From NCBI GenBank assembly GCA_000388065.2, contig KB932202.1: a stretch of 64,000 bases of DNA, one strand, 5' to 3'. Origin of the DNA: Fonticula alba ATCC 38817. Taxonomy: Eukaryota > Protista > Nucleariida. This document shows positions 60,635 to 64,000 of the stretch, piece by piece. Made by a program: the position numbers and the translations under genes. Positions within the stretch are counted from its first letter, which is position 1. Each line of letters opens with the position of its first letter. The notes below the pieces were generated by a model. That model was not told the origin of the DNA. It made no database searches and worked only from the letters and a program-made list of their open reading frames with translations.

Positions 60635-63339
60635 ATGGCCGCTCAGGAAGTCGAGCGCCTCCCCACCCTGACGACCGGCCTCGGGGTGGGTAACGACAAC
60701 ACCATGGCCGCCGAGATGGCTCAGGGCGAGTCTGCCGCCTCGCCCTTTGCCGCTGGTGCCAAGCGCACCCTGCACGAGATCCTGGCCGAGGCCGCCCATG
60801 TCGACCCGAGCGCCTCGTCCACCTACCAGCTCACCTCCCTGGACCCCACTCCCTCAACCAAGGACCTGCTCAAGCGCAACCCGGCCTATACCCCCTCCGA
60901 GCCGCTGGACCCCAACTCGGTCGGCATTGTCCCGAAGGGCCTGCTGGAGTCTGTTGATGCGGATGAGTTCCTGCGCAAGGCTGCCCACCAGCCCATCGTC
61001 ACCTTTGATGACCGTGCGTGCCCGATGCCCTTGTCACATTTCCTCGCTTTTTTGTCCTCTTGCCACTTGTTCCATCGGGGAGGGGGGGGGGGTTGGCAGC
61101 CAAAGCGAGAGGACCTCCAGGTGCCCCCTCACATTTGCAGGCGCCCCTGTCTGGCCAACCAGATCACTGACATCCAAACGAAATTCAGACACTCCCGAGT
61201 CCTGGGTGTACCCCATCGTGGTGCTGATCACCCACCTGTCGTACATCACTCTGACCGTGTTTGGCCACATTCGTGACTTCTTCGGCAAGTTCCTCCGCCC
61301 CCAGGGCTACAACCATCTGAAGGAGGAGGTACGCTGTGTAGGCAGGGGAGCATGGATCATAGTGCAATTGGCGGTGATTCGTGTCCTTCTCCCCCCCCCC
61401 CCCCCCACACACACACACGCGCGCGCGCGCGCGCACAGCCGACAACCCCCTTATGCCAATGTCTCACACACCATACCGACACGCTGTCGTCCCCTCCAAC
61501 TCCCGCCACTCTTGATCCCGCACTCTTCCCCAGGGCTATGCCCCTCTCTATTCGGATTTCGAGAGCTTCTACACTCGCCGCATCTACATTCGTACTCGCG
61601 ACTGCTTCAACCGCCCGATCACTGGTGTGGCCGGCGCTCGGCTTACCCTCCTCGAGCGCGTGACCAAGGACTACAACAAGACTTTCCAGGTACGTCGGCA
61701 CCGATATGACAGCATATGCCTGCACCATGCTCCTGGCTGCTGCTGCTGCTGCTGCTGCTCTTTCTCGCTCCCATCGACTTACACCCATTGCCATCCTCGC
61801 GCGGCCCCTTGCCTCGATGCTGCACACACACACACACACACACGTGGATATGTACAGCTTACTGGCCGCACTCGCGAGGTCATCAACATGGGCTCCTACA
61901 ATTACCTTGGCTTCGCTCAGAATGAGGGCCGCTGTGCCGACGAGGTGGAGCTGTCTCTGCGTGCCCACGGTGTCTCCTACAACAGCCCTCGCGCCGAGGC
62001 CGGCACCCATGCCCTGCATGTGGAGCTCGAGAAGCTGACCGCCGAGTTTGTCGGCACCGAGGATGCGATTGTTTGCTCCATGGGCTTCGCCACCAACTCC
62101 ACCATCATTCCGGCCCTCATGGGCAAGGGCTGCCTCATCGTGAGTGACGAGCTTAACCACGCGTCCATCATCAACGGCTGCCGTAACTCCGGCTCCACCA
62201 CCCGCGTCTTCAAGCACAACTGTGCCGCCGACCTTGAGCGCGTTCTCCGCCAGGCCATTGCCTCTGGCCAGCCGCGCACCCACCGCCCGTGGCGCAAGAT
62301 CATGATCATTGTTGAGGGCATCTACTCGATGGAGGGCTCTGTCTGCGATCTGCCGCGCATTGTCGAGCTGAAGAAGAAGTACAAGGTACGTGTCTGCCTT
62401 CTGGGCCGGGCCCCCCTTCTTCGCGATTGTTTGCGCCCTTTTCGAGGATGTGCTGTGTCCCGCACTCTTCTCTCTCCCCCACCCACCACCCTCTCTCTGA
62501 CCTGCGCAACATTGCCCTCCCTCTCCGCTGCGCCAGTGCTACCTCTATGTTGATGAGGCTCACTCGATTGGCGCCCTCGGTCCCCGTGGCCGCGGTATTT
62601 GCGACTACTGGGCCGTGCCTACCACCGATGTGGACATCCTCATGGGCACCTTCACCAAGTCCTTCGGTGCGGCCGGTGGTTATGTTGCCAGTAGCAAGGC
62701 CATCATCGACACCATCCGTGCCCGGGCCCATAGCTCCATTTACTCCGAGACCATGCCCCCTCCGGTCTGCCAGCAGGTCATCTCCTCGCTGTCCATCATT
62801 ATGGGCCGCGACGGCACCAACGACGGCCTGGACCGCATCAAGAAGCTCCGCGACAACAGCATGTACCTCCGCCGGCGTCTGGTCGATGCTGGCTTCGTGG
62901 TCTATGGCGACGAGGACACCCCGGTCATTCCGGTCCTCCTCTACAACCCGTCCAATGTCCGGTGCGTAACACCTCGCCGCCGGTCGTCCGGCCGATGTGC
63001 CCATGTGCACGCGCCTGGCATACATACATACACATATATATATATATATGTACCCCACATCTCCCTGCTTTCTCGCCATACTGACCCCCTTTATTCCCCC
63101 CCCCCCTCTCCTCCTACTTTTCTGCACGTTTACACGCTCGCAGTCACATTGGCACATCCTTCCTCAAGCGCGGCATTGCTGTGGTGGTCGTCGGCTTCCC
63201 GGCCACCCCCCTGGTCACCTCCCGCATGCGCATTTGCATTTCGTCTGCCCATACTCGCGAGGACCTGGACAAGACCTTCGATGCACTGATCGAGGAGTCT
63301 ACCGAGACCATGATTCGCCTCAACTACAAGGCTACCTAA
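60635..63339 (+). CDS. LCB2: Serine palmitoyltransferase catalytic subunit (LCB2/SPTLC2), 6 exons, ~607 aa
   Basis: Model join(60635..61013,61189..61328,61534..61689,61858..62385,62537..62961,63144..63339) is 1824 nt. Motifs are INMGSYNYLGF, SDELNHASI, VEGIYSMEG, YVDEAHSIGA, PLP-lysine GTFTKSFG and VVGFPATPL. Confidence 0.97.
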
Positions 63340-64000
63340 GTGTGCGAGCACATGCGCGCGTCTATACACACGCGTATGCATCAGGAGGGGATTTCTCCAG
63401 CGCCCCCAAGGAGCCGGGCATGGGACTCTGTCTGTAGTACGCAAGGCTGCGAGCGGCGCAAAGAGCGCGGGGAGAGGGGACCATGGAGAGATGGTGTGCG
63501 TACATGTCCTCACGCATGTACAAAGTGTCATGCGCACACGATCCCTCCTTACTCTCGCTCCCCCAGTACCCATGTCCCCCTCCCCCTCCCTCCGCGATCC
63601 TCCACACATTAGCAGGGCGACCAGTAGATTAGGCGCCCAATGAGAGCGAGAGCACGGGCAAAGGATTCGTCGAATGTCCTCCCTCCTCCGCTGCCTCCCT
63701 GCTGCGCTTCTCCCCCTCCCCCCTCCCTTTTTTACTATGTACACACCATGCGTGTGCTCCCTATCACAGCTGGGACCTCGCGTGTGCGCGCGCCCCTCCC
63801 CCTCCCTCCCCCTACCCTTCAAATATACCTCAAACAACAAGCCTTCGTGTGTGCACTCTCTCTCTCTCTCGGAGATACATTCGCACACGCCTCGAAACGA
63901 CCCGAGGCAGCGCAAACACGCTGTGGTAGTCGACATCCATCCCCCAAGTCGACACCAAGCCCGGGACGAATGCAGGGCCGAGGGGGCGGGGATGGAGGAG

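Overview
This is GC-rich eukaryotic genomic DNA with many introns, poly-C/poly-G tracts, (CA)n/(CT)n microsatellites and 7 assembly gaps. Gene content and style suggest a unicellular opisthokont such as Fonticula (inference only). I modelled 16 protein-coding genes, most with frame-consistent GT-AG exon chains: MYG1, a large MFS-like membrane protein, an orphan ending in a PIP box, NADPH-cytochrome P450 reductase, a secreted PLC-like phosphodiesterase, UAP1 with an extra N-terminal domain, a RING-H2 protein, PEX19, an ALYREF/POLDIP3-like RRM protein, a small CxxC/TM protein, a PD-(D/E)XK exonuclease, PSMG4, a PPR protein, a REX1-B protein, a Cid1/mtPAP-family nucleotidyltransferase and LCB2. 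A U2 snRNA gene that the ORF track cannot show lies at ~2919-3099. The strongest leads are four. (1) An intron-containing, apparently mitochondrion-targeted RecB-like exonuclease whose motifs resemble phage exonucleases; it sits next to a PPR gene and a mitochondrial-type terminal nucleotidyltransferase. (2) A 5' splice-site consensus with +4 pyrimidine in all 53 modelled introns, mostly C, alongside a divergent U2. (3) An Arg at the Cid1-His336 position of the nucleotidyltransferase. (4) An orphan PCNA-binding candidate. Two tandem duplications at 4.3-5.0 kb are assembly artefacts joined by Illumina adapter sequence. No CRISPR array, tRNA, rRNA or transposon was seen.
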